In this document: piece after piece, positions 1 to 13,210 of the stretch
Numbering within the stretch: the stretch's first letter is position 1
How the letters are laid out: each line of letters opens with the position of its first letter
Source: Callorhinchus milii
Lineage: Eukaryota
Assembly: GCF_018977255.1 (NCBI RefSeq)
Contig: NW_024704743.1
Location: 111,540,001 to 111,604,000 of the forward strand
Length of the DNA stretch: 64,000 bases
Reading direction: 5' to 3'
Program-made: the position numbers and the translations under genes
The notes under the pieces: model-generated
Told to the model about the DNA's origin: nothing
The model's database searches: none
The model's input: only the letters and a program-made list of their open reading frames with translations

Positions 1-3000
1 TTGTTCGTTAGAAGACTAATTACCTTCAACACATATATTTTCTAGTTGATGTAAGTACTATATAAGTTCAGGATAAAAGACTGAACTTTAAAGCTTGCTA
101 CCCTGGTACCAGACCATAGCATGGGATCTAGCTGTAATTATGCCATAATGATATGCCTGTTGCTAAGCAAATTATGTCATAATAGGTTACTCCTTATCAT
201 TAATCTAATAAGGCTGTAAGGGTTCTTGCTTTGAATTTGCTACGGCTGTTACACATCTGATGAAGAGGAAGAGCTAGAATGTGAATAATAAAACTGAATG
301 TTTTATTTTGACAGTCAGGTTTTTTCAAATTTCAACTGGTTGATATGCATACATCAATTCCCAGGATCTCATCCATTTAGATGAGATATTATAGCTGTTT
401 TCAATCTCCATTACAGACACAGACACAGAAGGACAGGAGTATGGCAGTAGTAAGTTCTTACAGTACATGATGAACACTTATAGACAAGATAAAAGGTGAC
501 TTGGTGTGTTTATTTATTTGAGTAAAGAATCATTGCAATACCCTGAGGAGTATTCTGATACATGCTAATGCCTATCAGAAGCCAATTCAACCAAATCATA
601 CATCTATAAAAATGTTTTTTTTAAAAAAACTGCTTTAATATCATCGCAAGATGTGAATCATCTATGAATAAGTCAAACACACAATTAAAAGAATGTTACA
701 TTAAATATTGTAGATTAAACTTTTCAAGCAAAGTGGTTTATGGTTATACATGTCAAACAAGAACTTTAAATTGCAAATAGAAACATTGCTCATTGTTCAT
801 ACTGTAGTTTGTTCTACTTTTAAGTACATGACAAGATCCTATTGATAAGAAATTATGCAGATTAATTTTTTGAGATTAGAGATATTAATGCATTTTTAGT
901 AGCATTTTTACTTGAGCAAATTGCTGTCATGCACAGAACCATATCTACAAGTCACATTACTTCAAATAATGCATTCAGAAAACAACTACATTCATAAAAA
1001 GACATGGCACTCTGTCAAAAATAAGGTAAAAGAGGGGAAAAAAAAATTCTGACAAGGCACAATGACAAAACAATGCATATTTACAAAAAAAAGGTCAAGT
1101 GGCTGCACATAAAATAACTGACATATGCTTAAGGTTTTATATCTCTTGACCATTAGTCAATCAAGCTGCAAAAAAAAATGTCACCTGACACAAGAATAAC
1201 ATTTCCTCATCAAATATATTTCAAGTGCTGCAATGTGGCTGTTAACTGCTTCAGGAGGAAGCAGAACATTGATTCTATTATGTACATCAGAATAGCTTTT
1301 ACACATTTTGACACTAAAAACATAAAATATGCAGGACTGGAGTGTCGTACGAACAAAGCCTACACAACAGTACAAAAAGACTACAAAGTAGTGGAATGCC
1401 TTACTGAACTTTGTTTTTTTTAAACGACTGATATTAACTTACAGGCAATGACTGTGTTTGTGTAAACTGTTGAAAAATAACAGGTAATTAACTCAGTCTA
1501 TTTTTGCTATTTTTAAATCAAGGTTATAAATCCCGAATTTACACCAGTTTAAAAGATGAGCACTTTGAGGTTAATAATTTTATATTTCTTACACCGTCAA
1601 TGGTTTCCAGATTGCACATCATTAAATTATTTTACCAGAAATTACTGAAAAATTATAAAACTAACAGACTCGGCTACTTGCGTTTCACTTTATTTAAAGC
1701 CACGATTAACCATCTTCAAAATACAGTATGTTTTCAAATATCAATGTAATGTGGCTTTAATTTATAGAACAACACAGAACAGTGTATATGTATGTACAAA
1801 ATGAACAGTGGAGGGCTCAGATAGAAATGTTGCCTTGGAAATCATAATGTGATTTTAAAAAATACATTGGTTTTAGGTCTTGAAGTCAGGATGAAGCCAG
1901 GACTTGGGGAATTTGAGGGAGCTATACTTGTATCCAAATAGCTAATAAAGCAATTTAAGATGATTGATTCAACTTCTGGTTTGGACACTGACATTTGGTT
2001 ATTAGGCCTGTAAGAAATGAGATGCCTATACAACATATTTGTTATATTTTATTTCTTTTCAAAGAGGCGGCACAGACACGATGGGCTGAATGGTGGGTTT
2101 TTCGATGGGTTATTATCTGGCACTTGGCTGTATTTAATAAACCCTTAAGGCGAGAAAGAATAACTGATTTGGGACATAAACTGCAGTATCTTTCAGGGTG
2201 TCTAATGTTTAAGGAACAAAGACTAAGTGTCTAAGGACATCAGGACTTTAGAAACAATGCATAGTTTATAGAATTGACCGGGCCTTAAAATAATTTAACA
2301 TTATAGTTTCCCCAAACTTATCAAATTAATAATATTTTTTTATAGTTGTGCATGGTCTACTGCAGTATATATGTGCCAGCAGATAATAAACCTGGGGAAA
2401 CCTATAAACTAATCCCAGCTACCAAAACAAATGAAATAAAAAAAAACGTACAGTTGAACTTTCTATTTGGTTTCAATTGTGTGGAAAACCAAACTAAATT
2501 AGAGAAATACCAGTTTAGGGAAAGGTTTTTAGGTCAAAGTCAGCAATAAGTAGAATCTGAGTAAACAGGTGACAATTCACTCACTACAGGAGAATACCAT
2601 TAGTTCAGTTAAGATCAATTGAAGTGGCTTTGTTAAAATGCTGTGATGTAATAACATGATGTTGAGGTTAAAATGATGCGTCGATGAAATGGACTGAAGC
2701 TCATTTCTACTAAGGGAATGCAGTCACAATAAGCAACAAAGGAGCCCATGCAGTGTTGCAGGGCAGGACAGTTCAACACTTGTGAATTTAATGTACATGA
2801 ATAGCATTTTTGGGCTAGGAGTGAAATGTTTCTGATAAAATGCTAATAGATCCAAAACAAATGTTTCACGTATATGAACAAGAAAAATACCCTTTTGAAC
2901 AGTTACATTTTAACATATTCAATTATTTGATGATCTTTTTGAATAATTAGGAAGCACTTACATTTTTATTTAAATTTTTTTTAATACGTAAGGTTTTTTT

Positions 3001-3847
3001 AATGCTAAAAAAGCACACCTGAACTCCTCCAATTAAATTCTGTCCTTAGACAATTGTCCTGCCCTGACACAGTGCTGTGTAAGTACCAGTTATTGTCAGG
3101 TCCTATTAACAGCCTGAGAATTACCCGAATAAGATGATGATTCAAAGCATACATGAACTGTTTAGAGAAGATAACGATCGCCAACATACTGAAAAAAAAT
3201 TAAACACATTTTGGATGTGCCATATAAGCAATAAACTTCATATGTACTCTCTCGCAGAACTGATGCAAAGATAAACAATTCATGGATTTGAACTTCTGTT
3301 TTAACTTTGAAGGAATGATCCAGGATATGACTGTCCATACTTAAGCTTCCTTTTCTAAATTCCTAGCCTCGTTACAAAATATCCACGAGAAATCATGTCA
3401 TTCACAAAAATGAAACAGGCAGGGGTAAGTACAGTTTTGTTATTGAAAGCAAAGTTTTGTTTTGCTTTCTTTCCAAAAGAAATATAATTCAAAAACATGA
3501 AAATTTAAGGAATTGAGAATTCTGTAGCCTTAGAGAGTATTTGTTTTATAATAGTCTATCAAGGCAAGCCTGCATCCATATTCATTGCTTAATTATGTAG
3601 ATTCTTTTATATTAAAAAATATAACAAGGGCTTGCTTTTTCTTACTGTCATGACTATTATGTCATTTAACAGCAGCGGTGGCAACCAATTTACAACCGCG
3701 AACAACACATAACTATCACGAACAATCCCTGCCCCTGCCTCATTAAAAAAATGCCTTTTTTTTGGTGGAGGGAATAAAAGATGAATCAGAATTTGTTTGT
3801 TTAACTCATCTTGCTTTGAGTTGAAATTGAGGTTGAATTATTTAATA

Positions 3848-3901
3848 TTTATTATTAATAATATTTAATATTTCCCACTTCCTTTTGATGCCCACTTTAT
3901 T
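3848..3901 (-). promoter_or_regulatory. Candidate proximal polyadenylation signals (AATAAA at 3896-3901 and 3848-3853 on the minus strand)
   Basis: Canonical hexamers 240-290 nt downstream of the stop codon. AT-rich context makes chance matches likely. Confidence 0.3.
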
Positions 3902-4139
3902 CAGTGATCTCTACACAGAGATTAACTAATTTTCGGTAACTTTCCCCAAGATCTTGTGCAAATTGTGCTGTAAACCTGCAATTAATATTGCATAAACATT
4001 TCACATTAATAATGGTTTTCATGTTACTTTGTTCCCATTAAAAACTTGTATTTAATTCTGAATATGAAATACTTCACTCATTTAGGGAGGAGATCTTTAT
4101 CATCATTTGTGTCTTATGTACTCGCTTATTTACAACCCA

Positions 4140-4604
4140 TTATTTTTTGGAGGATGTTAAATGAGCATGCTCAATTTCCTTGGTTAATGCATTCATTTTG
4201 TCTGTCCAGTATTCGGTGCTTTCCTGTAGCTGAGCAGAGAGTTCTCCAACACGCTGGATCCAATACGATTTATCTGGTGCCACTGAATCAGTTAGCCCAG
4301 ATTTTGCAAGATCCTTCCTAATTAAATCTTCCACTCTCTCCCTTTGAGAACCACTGAATGACCCTTGTTCAAGCCCCAAGTAGGAGTTTAAAGTGGTTGT
4401 TGCATCAGAAACCATGGCCCCTTCAAATAAAGATGCTCTCTGCCCAGATAACCCGTGGAGTTCTGCTTTAGTTTCCAATTGTGCTCTGAGAGAAAGAATT
4501 ATCTTACTAAAGGCTTCTAACTGCTGTTCAAGTTGATGGCGTTGGACCTGCTCCTTTTCCAGCTGTCTTCTTTGTTGTAAATGTTCCTTGTTCAGGCTAT
4601 TTAA
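4140..4604 (-). CDS. PMFBP1: PMFBP1-like terminal coding exon (154 aa + TAA): LNSLNKEHLQQRRQLEKEQVQRHQLEQQLEAFSKIILSLRAQLETK...SYWIQRVGELSAQLQESTEYWTDKMNALTKEIEHAHLTSSKK
   Basis: Acceptor atgtaacag|, phase 0, in frame with ORF 4140..4478, stop at 4140-4142. Confidence 0.87.
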   Translation of the reverse strand, partial: LNSLNKEHLQQRRQLEKEQVQRHQLEQQLEAFSKIILSLRAQLETKAELHGLSGQRASLFEGAMVSDATTTLNSYLGLEQGSFSGSQRERVEDLIRKDLAKSGLTDSVAPDKSYWIQRVGELSAQLQESTEYWTDKMNALTKEIEHAHLTSSKK

Positions 4605-4789
4605 CTGTTACATGTCAAACAGAAAATATTACACAACATTAAAAATCAGGTACTCTATTTCAGTATGAATTTACAGTCAAGATAACCAATTTAATATATA
4701 TTCCTTAAAATTAAAAACAATTCTTGTGTGGAGAAATAGCAGCAGAAAAGCACAACAACACATTTGCGCTGCACCGGTATAAAAAGTTT

Positions 4790-5161
4790 TAAAAAGTTTT
4801 CAAAATTCTGAGGGGATACGATAGGGTGAACAAGGAGAAACTATTTCCACTGACAGGTGGGTCAGTAACTCGAGGACACCGATTTAAAATAGTTGTTAAA
4901 AGAAGCAGAGGGGAGGTGAAGAGAAATGTTTTCACACAACGAGCTGTTTGGATCTGGAATGCGTTGCCTGAAAGGGTGGTGTAAGCCGATTCGGTAACAA
5001 CTTTTAAGAGAGTAGATAATTATTTGGGGCGGACAAGTTTGCAGGGCTATGGGGAGAGAGCAGGGAAGTGGGATTGATTTGGATAGATCTTTTAAAAGAG
5101 CTGTCCCAGACCTGATGGGCCGAATGGGCTCCTTCTGTGCTGTATAATTCTAAGATTCTAT
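4790..5161 (+). mobile_element. CR1 LINE 3' fragment
   Basis: End of ORF2 (TRGHRFK...FSQRAVWIWNALP-like) plus CR1 3' UTR ending GGGCCGAATGG...CTTCTGTGCTGTATAATTCTAAGATTCTA with the 8-bp terminal repeat. Confidence 0.85.
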
Positions 5162-8100
5162 TAAAAGAACAATGAACAAAAGACCATTTCACAAAACTTT
5201 CAATTTATTTCATTAATTACAAAAAAATGGTAAACTTATTTTCCATTAAAACCTACCACATACCCTTTTCGTTTGGATATGATATGAAATATTGCAATCA
5301 GTACTGTGATACAATGTCTCAAGTTTGAAGCTGTCAGTTATAAAGTCAGATTAATTTGGAGACATTTATTAAATCACACATCTCATTCTATCTGAATTTC
5401 TATGTGCAATAGAAAATTACATTTGTATAGCGCCTTTCACATTGAGAGAATTTCCCAAGGTGCTGGACAATCAGGGATTTGGGCATTAATGTCTTGTTTA
5501 TGCTTATTGTTGAAGAGAATTGCAAAATTTTCACAGCGATTTGCTATGAAAAGTGCAGTATAAATTCAGTATGAGCAGTGAGTTCTGAAAGTGAATGGGT
5601 CTGACCACCTTGAGAAGGTGGTTTTGGTACCGCATCAATTCACAAGTGTACTTTGCAAGTGTACACACAGTGAGTGTGAATCGATTCAGTCTTTACTTAA
5701 AACTTATCTCCTGAAAGTTCTTGGGAAGTCAATTGGATACGACCTACACTTTAAAAAGATTTTTAAAAACTAACAGCTGACATTGGTGTGGTCACCACCA
5801 ATGCAGCTAAAAGCATAACATAATACACTTAGCTTCCTGTTCCACAATGCTCTCTGCTGCAAGCGATATTGCTTCACTTCAAGCAGTATAAACAGGCATA
5901 ATGTAAATGTAATATATACATTGGGTACTCTATTTGATACTCTATATTTTCTATAATGCTGTGTAACTCTTACTAGTGAACAATCTGATATTTGAGAACA
6001 GGGTGAGTTGAGTTATAACAGAAGAATCCATGCTCATCTCTAATAATAAATAGCTTAGGTTTTGCAAATGAATAGTACATTATCTGATTATTTCCTTGTG
6101 CAGTTAATTCCTCAGAATACTACATATAATAAAAGGAAAAGCATGCTATCATTATTTGTTGTTTAAATGCTGCAATAAGTTTTGAAATCCAGTAGATGGT
6201 GTCTAGGGACTGACATTTTCTAAGGTCTGAGATGGTTTCCATCAGACGGAGAAACCAATCACAAGAGTGTACACGTGAACCATTTCATTACACAAGTTAA
6301 TATGGAAACAGGAAAACAGAATTATTTGATTAAAACATTTTATAGAAAGTTATGAAGAAATGTCAATGAAAAAAATATGGCCACTTCTGACAACAATATA
6401 CAATGAACAGAATCAGTTTAAACTGAATATCAAAGAATATTTTTGATATATTCAGTTTAAACGTGTGTAAAACAAATATAATTTCTTCCCCCGTATTTGG
6501 TTTGCAAACAAATAAATGATGGAGAAAAAGCCTTGACTGTGCCTTCATTTTCAACAGGGGAACGGGACTTAAGGCATGCGCCAGTAATAACCTTTAGCTT
6601 TGCTGTCTGTCTTGCTGTCTTTCGCAAAGATGAGCTTGACTCACTCACGCAAAATAAACACTGCAACATTTGAAAATTAACTACAAAATGTGTTTGTACT
6701 TTAAACATGCAGACATGTTAGACAACTATAACTGGCAAAAGTGGTAGTAAAGCAGTGTTGTATACAGGGAATAGGAGCAAGGAACTGCAATGCGGATTTT
6801 TGTTTTGAGTTGTGAATTAGATACAGATGTAACTACTAATGGCAGTCACGTAAAATTCTTTAAAATGGATGATTCCCTTCAATAAATTGCCTGTGCAAAC
6901 AGTAATATATTATAAAGTAATAAAAACACAGCAGCAAGCCTGAAATGACTCAAACAATATCCAGGATAAGGTTACATTTAAAATATTAAAGAAATCTACA
7001 AGTTTCCCAAACTATTTTAAACACTAACTTTAAATGATGAATTCTAAAGCAATAGGCATCCTAAATATTTTTTCCTAGTAAATCTAATTCTCTCAGTTAG
7101 ACACAAATTAAACTGTGGCAATTTTTCTGATGTCACCGCAGACATAATTTTCCATTAAAGTAAAATGAAATGAGACATTTCATTTATTACTTAAACTGAA
7201 ACTTTGGCTGCAAAGTTGCAGAAATTACCTCTGAAATTTATACTGAGGTTACGGACTCATTATTTTAAACATCTTAGTCTGAATCAATATCTGTAATGAT
7301 TCATTCTTTTGATTAAGAAGTGACTCCATCTGTAGGTGTCAGATAATTACTGAGATGACCTATAATATGAATGTTTCACAACTCGCCTACTTCACTTCTT
7401 ACTCCCTCAACAGCCTAATGACTTCCTTCTACAGCTTTTTATAGAATGCCTTATCCTCTTGGGAGTTTCACTTCTGTTACCTTTAGACAAAATGCAGACA
7501 TTCCCATATAGAGTAAAAAAATTATGGACCAGATATAAATTGTTGGGTCTGTGACAGAATCAAAACAACCTCATTGTTAGGCAGAATGAAAGAACATTTT
7601 GACATTAAAGTACAGCTAACAGAATTTTGGTTTGCTGCACTTTAGTTTTTTTTAAGCATTTTCAAATGTTTCAAAAATTCATAGTAGTGGGGAAATAAAA
7701 TAGATGTTGTCCATGTTTTTGTCTGTCAACTACTGAACTGAGTCCAGTGGTATTTGACGATTCATACAAAACTTGAACAGGAATGAAAAGGTGAATATCC
7801 TTTTGACTGACTACATTAGTTGTTTTCTGTTATGGGTCTTAACTTTTGGAGAACTATAACACTTTTGTTTATCAGCAATCCAGGCCTATACAACAATATT
7901 ATAGTTGTATATAAAACAGGGCTGCAAAGTTTTATCAACAGTCACTAAATGAATCAATATGCTTATAATTCTGTGTTTTTTCTATTATAGTATTCAACAA
8001 ATTTAATTTTCAGAAAACCAACATTGCAGAGATTGCATGATAGCAAACAATGACTTCCAGCCATTGCTAATGTTTCAGTTCCCAATGGAGGTATTTTTAC

Positions 8101-8435
8101 TGTGTGCAATGTGACTTGAGAACCGGGCTAACACTGTCACTAATGTGATAGCTTAAATATATTTTAAAACTGAAATTTAAGACCTGACGTTCCTTTTTAT
8201 GTAAAAGACTGAAATGAAACCCTTTCTAACAACTGTTTAATGAACCACTAATGGAATTTGATCAGTGTCAGCGTTCCTATTGCTGTTGTGAAAAATAATG
8301 GTAGAGTAAGTGCTGATACAAATGCACCAGACAATTACAATCACCTGTGATAATGAGCTTTTAACGCTTAATGAGCCATTGGTTGGGGATAAAGATTGAA
8401 AGCCCCAAATACAGCTGTGGAAATGAAAGTGTTTA

Positions 8436-9232
8436 AGTAGCAAATTTGGAAAAGCTGATTTTTGTTTGAGATCCTATACCCAAGGGTGGCAAACAAATTA
8501 AGATATGCAGTACGCAAATGTAAACCAATAGATCACAGTTGACTGTAACTATCTTTAAAGTGACTGTAAATATGTTGCATGAAAATAAGTGTCCAATTGC
8601 AGTGCTCCGTGGAATACCTGGGAACCTTTACACCTGTCTGCCTGCTTTCAGTGGCTGGTCTACTGCTTGTTGTTACTGAGGTCCATGTAGTAGGTGCCGA
8701 CCAACAAAATATTGCTTCAATTACTACCTTCTTAATGCACTTGACCCTTCACTCTCTGACACCTCCCGACCTCTCCGACCTCCTCACTCCCCATTACATC
8801 ACCTGGCGCCTCCGTTTGACTGGCACCAGCCTCCTGCTCGTCCACTGCCCCCTCTGTCCCACCATCGGAGGTCACGCTTTCAGCCACTATGCCACAAAAC
8901 TCTGCAATACTCTCCCTCAATTCCTCCGCCTTGCCCCCTCTCTCCCCTTTTCCAAGTCCTGCCTGAAAACCTTCCTCTTACATGCTTACAACAAGCAGTA
9001 GACCAGCCACTGGAAGCAGGCAGATAGGTGTCAAAGGTTCCCAGGTATTCCACGGAGCACTGCAATTGGACAACTTATTTTCATGCAAACATATTTACAG
9101 TCACTTTAAAGATAGTTACAGTCAACTGTGATCCACTGGTTTACATTCGGCTATGTACTGCACATCTTAATTTGTTTGCCGCCCTTGGATATAGGGTCTC
9201 AAACAAAAATCAGCTTTTCCAAATTTGCTACT
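8436..9232. repeat. Long inverted repeat: arms 8436-8673 and 8988-9232, ~314-bp spacer
   Basis: Direct base-by-base comparison: 8 substitutions (all transitions), three 1-nt indels and one short complex indel. Confidence 0.95.
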
Positions 9233-9333
9233 CACATCCAGCGGCCCCGGCTCGGAGTCAGGCTCCGCCAGTGTTAAGCGATCTGAGACGCTACCCTGCA
9301 TGGAGTGTGCTACATGAGTGCAAGTTGTTGTTG
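8730..9333 (+). mobile_element. L2 LINE 3' fragment (8730-8987 plus tail 9233-9333), interrupted by the right arm of the inverted repeat
   Basis: Encodes LSDLLTP...TIGGHAFSHYATKLCNTLPQFLR...FSKSCLKTFL (L2 ORF2 C-terminus). Tail ...GAGACGCTACCCTGCATGGAG...GCAAGTTGTTGTTG matches the L2 tail at 34930-35030. Confidence 0.85.
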
Positions 9334-9822
9334 AATAAACAGCAAACTGACCGATTCCAGAGATATCCTCTGGGAGTTGCTTTATTGCCAGTGGGAATGA
9401 ATTACTAAAGAATGACGGCCTTATAGGGCATTTTAGACAAGAGAGATACCTCAGTCTCCTTGGTAGACCTGAACCTTTCATGCATTGCACTTCTGTTATA
9501 CCAAGGTTTGACCAGGAGTTAAATACTTATTTTTCAATATGCTTTTCAGCCAATACCTATACCATAATAAATGTACCCTTTTCCCTTGAAGATTTTAACT
9601 CCAGTTTCTCAGAAGTCAGTAACATTCAACATGGACGGTATATTGGTTGGTGCTATCTCCTGACATTCTGCTCCTGATTACATAAATCTACAATGGCACT
9701 AAAATTATCAAACACAGAAAGATCAGGCTCTTTGCTCTTAAAGAGTTGGGAGAACTTTGGATAGAATCTGAGCATTGATTTCACAGTTCCAATCTACCAG
9801 GGACATTTCTCTGTAATTGTAC

Positions 9823-9925
9823 CTGTTGGTTCAGGAGCTGTACTGACTCAACATTGGTCTTCAACCTGTTGTGCATGTCTTCAATGGTTGCAAGCTTTTC
9901 TGCTATGAGACTCTCCTGTTCATGC
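9823..9925 (-). CDS. PMFBP1: PMFBP1-like exon, 103 nt phase 2-0: HEQESLIAEKLATIEDMHNRLKTNVESVQLLNQQ
   Basis: Acceptor tgcatttag|, donor CAG|gtacaa; phases match both neighbours. Confidence 0.87.
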
Positions 9926-10285
9926 CTAAATGCAAACGGTAAAGAAACAATTTATTGTCTTCTGTGAATAAAGTACTAGGGGACTATGTTGACTTAAAAT
10001 TTGTTCATGCTGGAATGAATAGTTTTGAGCGATCAGATTTACTGCCAGCTTTATAGACAAACACTGGCAGCAAAAGCACCTCCTGCAGACTATCAGGTTT
10101 CATACTGGTTATGGAAATCATTCCCCAACTTATTAATTACCATTACTCCTTTTTGAGGGGGAGGGACGAGATTATCTTTTCTCTGTGGATGGTTCTTAAC
10201 TGTTTGATGACCGACTAAAACTGGTTGCTGTTTTTTTACTGCTGGAAGCAATGCAAGATTTCTTCCAACTTGAAAAGATAGGAGA

Positions 10286-10619
10286 TGGAGTCCTGTGGAG
10301 TATTGGTTAGAGCACTCAACTTGCAAGTGAGAGGATCCTGTTCAAGTCACAGGCAGAGTGAAAGCTTAGGCAAGTTTCCTTACTCCACATGCTCCGTTTA
10401 CCTAGCAGTAAGTAGGAACACTGTTTTTTGTTGATTGGCGGATTGCTTTTCCGGGGTAATAATCCCTTCAAAAATGTATCTGGTCACTCAATTCACGACT
10501 GTTTGTCGGATACTGCTGTGCAGTTTCACCCACAAAATATACAATATATTCTGTGAAGCTTGTTGAGATGTCTCAATGACGTGATAAGGCGCTAAATCGA
10601 ATGCAAAGATTACTATTAT
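10286..10619 (+). mobile_element. tRNA-Ala-derived composite SINE, long form (diverged)
   Basis: Degraded A/B boxes, GGCAAGTTTCCTTACTCCAC...TTTACCTAGCAGTAAGTAGGAAC centre, Deu-like part, L2-type tail with (TTA)n. Confidence 0.85.
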
Positions 10620-12348
10620 ACGTACTGTATGTGTGCACCAAACTATGCCTGTAAAAACCCTGAAAAGTGGCAAGTTAATTTAAGCGTTTAATTTGGGTTT
10701 GTGATGTGAACAAGAGTCTAATTTGTCTAACGTTAGTGAACTTTTTATTCTGTAGATTTAATGGATATCCCATTCTATACATGGAATAAATCATTCTCTT
10801 GGGTTTGCAAATAGTGCCTTAGACCCAAACGCTTGCAAAAAGATTTAATAAATGGATCCAGAGGCTGTTTTTCAAGATAGGAAATACAATTTGAAATGTT
10901 ATTTTAAATTTAGAGTATATATAGGACTATGAGCAAAAGAGTGACAGGCAGAGAGCAGAGATTCCAAATTGATTTGCCCTGCTTGCGTTTATTCAGCAGT
11001 GGTAAAAATCTTTTCTTCTGAAACCACCTCTCAAGCTGTGAGCTGAATTTAGACCGACATTTTCACCATCAATTCAATGCCTTTTTTGTAGTAGTGCTAA
11101 AATTGCACTATAAATGGGCCATTTACCTCAATATGGACAAGAGTAAGATTTTTGTATTTTGGAAAAATACAAACTGAATGTCTTCTAGAAAACAAACCTT
11201 ACCTGGATCATTTATTTCCATCTTCCCTAATCTTAATATTATGGTTAATTGCACCAGTTTATTATAAACCACTCTGTCTCCTGGGGGAAAGTTCTGCATA
11301 GATATTCCTTGATTGCCAAAAGTGATCAAGGAAGGAGCCCAGAATATTCATCCATCCCCACATTCCAACCTTGACCTTCTTCCCTATACAGACATCATCA
11401 CTCCTCCCTCAGGCCCTGGCAGCACAGAACCCTCATGCCTTCTGAAATATTTGTTCGTCTCAGTCCTCGCCTTGTTGGGGTTGTGGAAAAATGAATAATT
11501 CAATCATTGCAATATAATTCAGTGCAGTACAAAAGTATACTCTGTTGAAAATGCAGGGCTTAATAAAGAATAAAGCACCAGCTGGACTCTTCAAAACACT
11601 TAAATCTTTAAAACCTGTTAAAATTAACAACACAAAAATAAGATATGTAAATCGTTCATGCTATTGAACAAATTATATAGAACATGTGGGTGAAACCAGG
11701 GCCAATTTACTAGATTTGCCACGGTGTCATATTGCCTAATACCTGGGCGTCTCTGTGGGTCATACTGATAGAAATGTGTGAACGTGTATAATATAGAACT
11801 TTGGACATCATTAAAGGGTTCTCACAAGTACACAGCTAAACCTCCAAAGTTTGAGGTTATGATACTTCTGTCAAAATAGATTTTTTTAAAATTACGCAAC
11901 ATCTGTTATTTAATTCTTGGTGTCTGGAATATTTAATCTATTCTATTTATGTAAAATACCACCGTGTGCAGTCGACATTTCAGTGTGGTACTGAGATCTG
12001 GATCTGAGAAAGCAAAGAATCAGAGGTTGGAGGCTTTTAGTACATGCCGTGTGAGCATGTTGGAAATCAGCTGGCAGGACAGAATGACCGACCCCAAATT
12101 AATGGGGGATTTTGTGTAGACAGTGCATGAGACATCAAAAAAAATTGTGATGAGCAGGACATTTGATTGTATTCTATGCAGTTTGGGATGCTTACTTTTC
12201 AGAGTATCACAGCAGAGTTTCAGACCATTCAATCTCATTCTGCTAGAAAACCAATTCCCACTTTCCCCTGGAGCTCCCTTGACTGTTTTTGGAAGTGTTT
12301 TTTCCCCCTTAAATGGTCGCCGCTAAAATAGTTTTTTTGTTGATTCAT

Positions 12349-12352
<4 letters not shown>

Positions 12353-12385
<33 letters not shown>

Positions 12386-12388
12386 GTG
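12353..12388 (+). repeat. (TG)n microsatellite
   Basis: About 18 TG units with one CG interruption. Confidence 0.95.
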
Positions 12389-12519
12389 GGGTGGGGTAAC
12401 AGAAAAAGAGAAGACAACTGGCAACAGAGAGGCCGACAACAGAGTTAGTAGCAAAAAGCCCAGCAACTCACCCAGAATAATTCCCCAATTTCACCTCCAA
12501 CCAACACTCTAAACTCTCT

Positions 12520-13210
12520 ATTTTGCTACAGTACCAGTTACGTCTTAACCGAGTCCAGTGTCTGACCTCTATCATCCTTCCTGGCAGCCTCCTCCACCTG
12601 TTGATTATTCTCTGTAAAGCTATACTGTAGTGTATTTCCCTGTGCCTATCCTAAAATGGCCCTTTGTAACTCTGAAGCTGTGATATGCTTTCATGGTGCA
12701 TCAGGAACCATTTTCCCGGGGTTTATTTTCATTATCCCATTGAATATACTGAATACCTTTTTAAGGTTCTTTCATCCAAGACATCTCTTTTCTGGGCCAA
12801 AGAGGCCTAGTTTATCTATTATTCCTCATAGCTTATTCCTCTAACACTGGTGTCGATTCTTGTTGCTCGTCTTTGTATTACCTCTAAGCCCTTGGCAGCT
12901 CCCTAAGACAGGTTGGCCAGAGCTGCATGCAGGACTCCAAGTGAAGCCTGGCCAAAGCATTATACAGTATGAGCATGACTTCTGGAGATCTAAACTCAAT
13001 TGATTTGACAATGTTGGCCAGCATGCTGTGAGCCTCGTTTATCAATGCCTCACAATGTTTCAACATTGTGAGCGATGAGTCAACTAAAACCCTGAAGTTT
13101 CTTCCAATTTCTCCCTTGGGAAGCTCCATTCCCATCCATGATGTTCACGTACCTCCTATTTTTACTTTCTATATGCAATACCTCACATTTATCGCAATTG
13201 AATTGCATTG
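12520..13210 (-). mobile_element. CR1 LINE ORF2 3' fragment (decayed), followed by a short plus-strand CR1 piece at ~13211-13320
   Basis: ORF 12884..13135 VLVDSSLTMLKHC...KSIEFRSPEVMLILYNALARLHLESCMQLW matches the CR1 post-RT motif (LYxxLVRPHLEYCVQFW). Confidence 0.8.

Noticed and set aside
3673..3740. hAT-like left end CAGCGGTGGCAACC
   Set aside because: No convincing matching right TIR or TSD found.
8579..9490. ORFs of 107-140 aa across the inverted repeat
   Set aside because: They are composites of an L2 remnant and duplicated intron DNA, with no splice or homology support.
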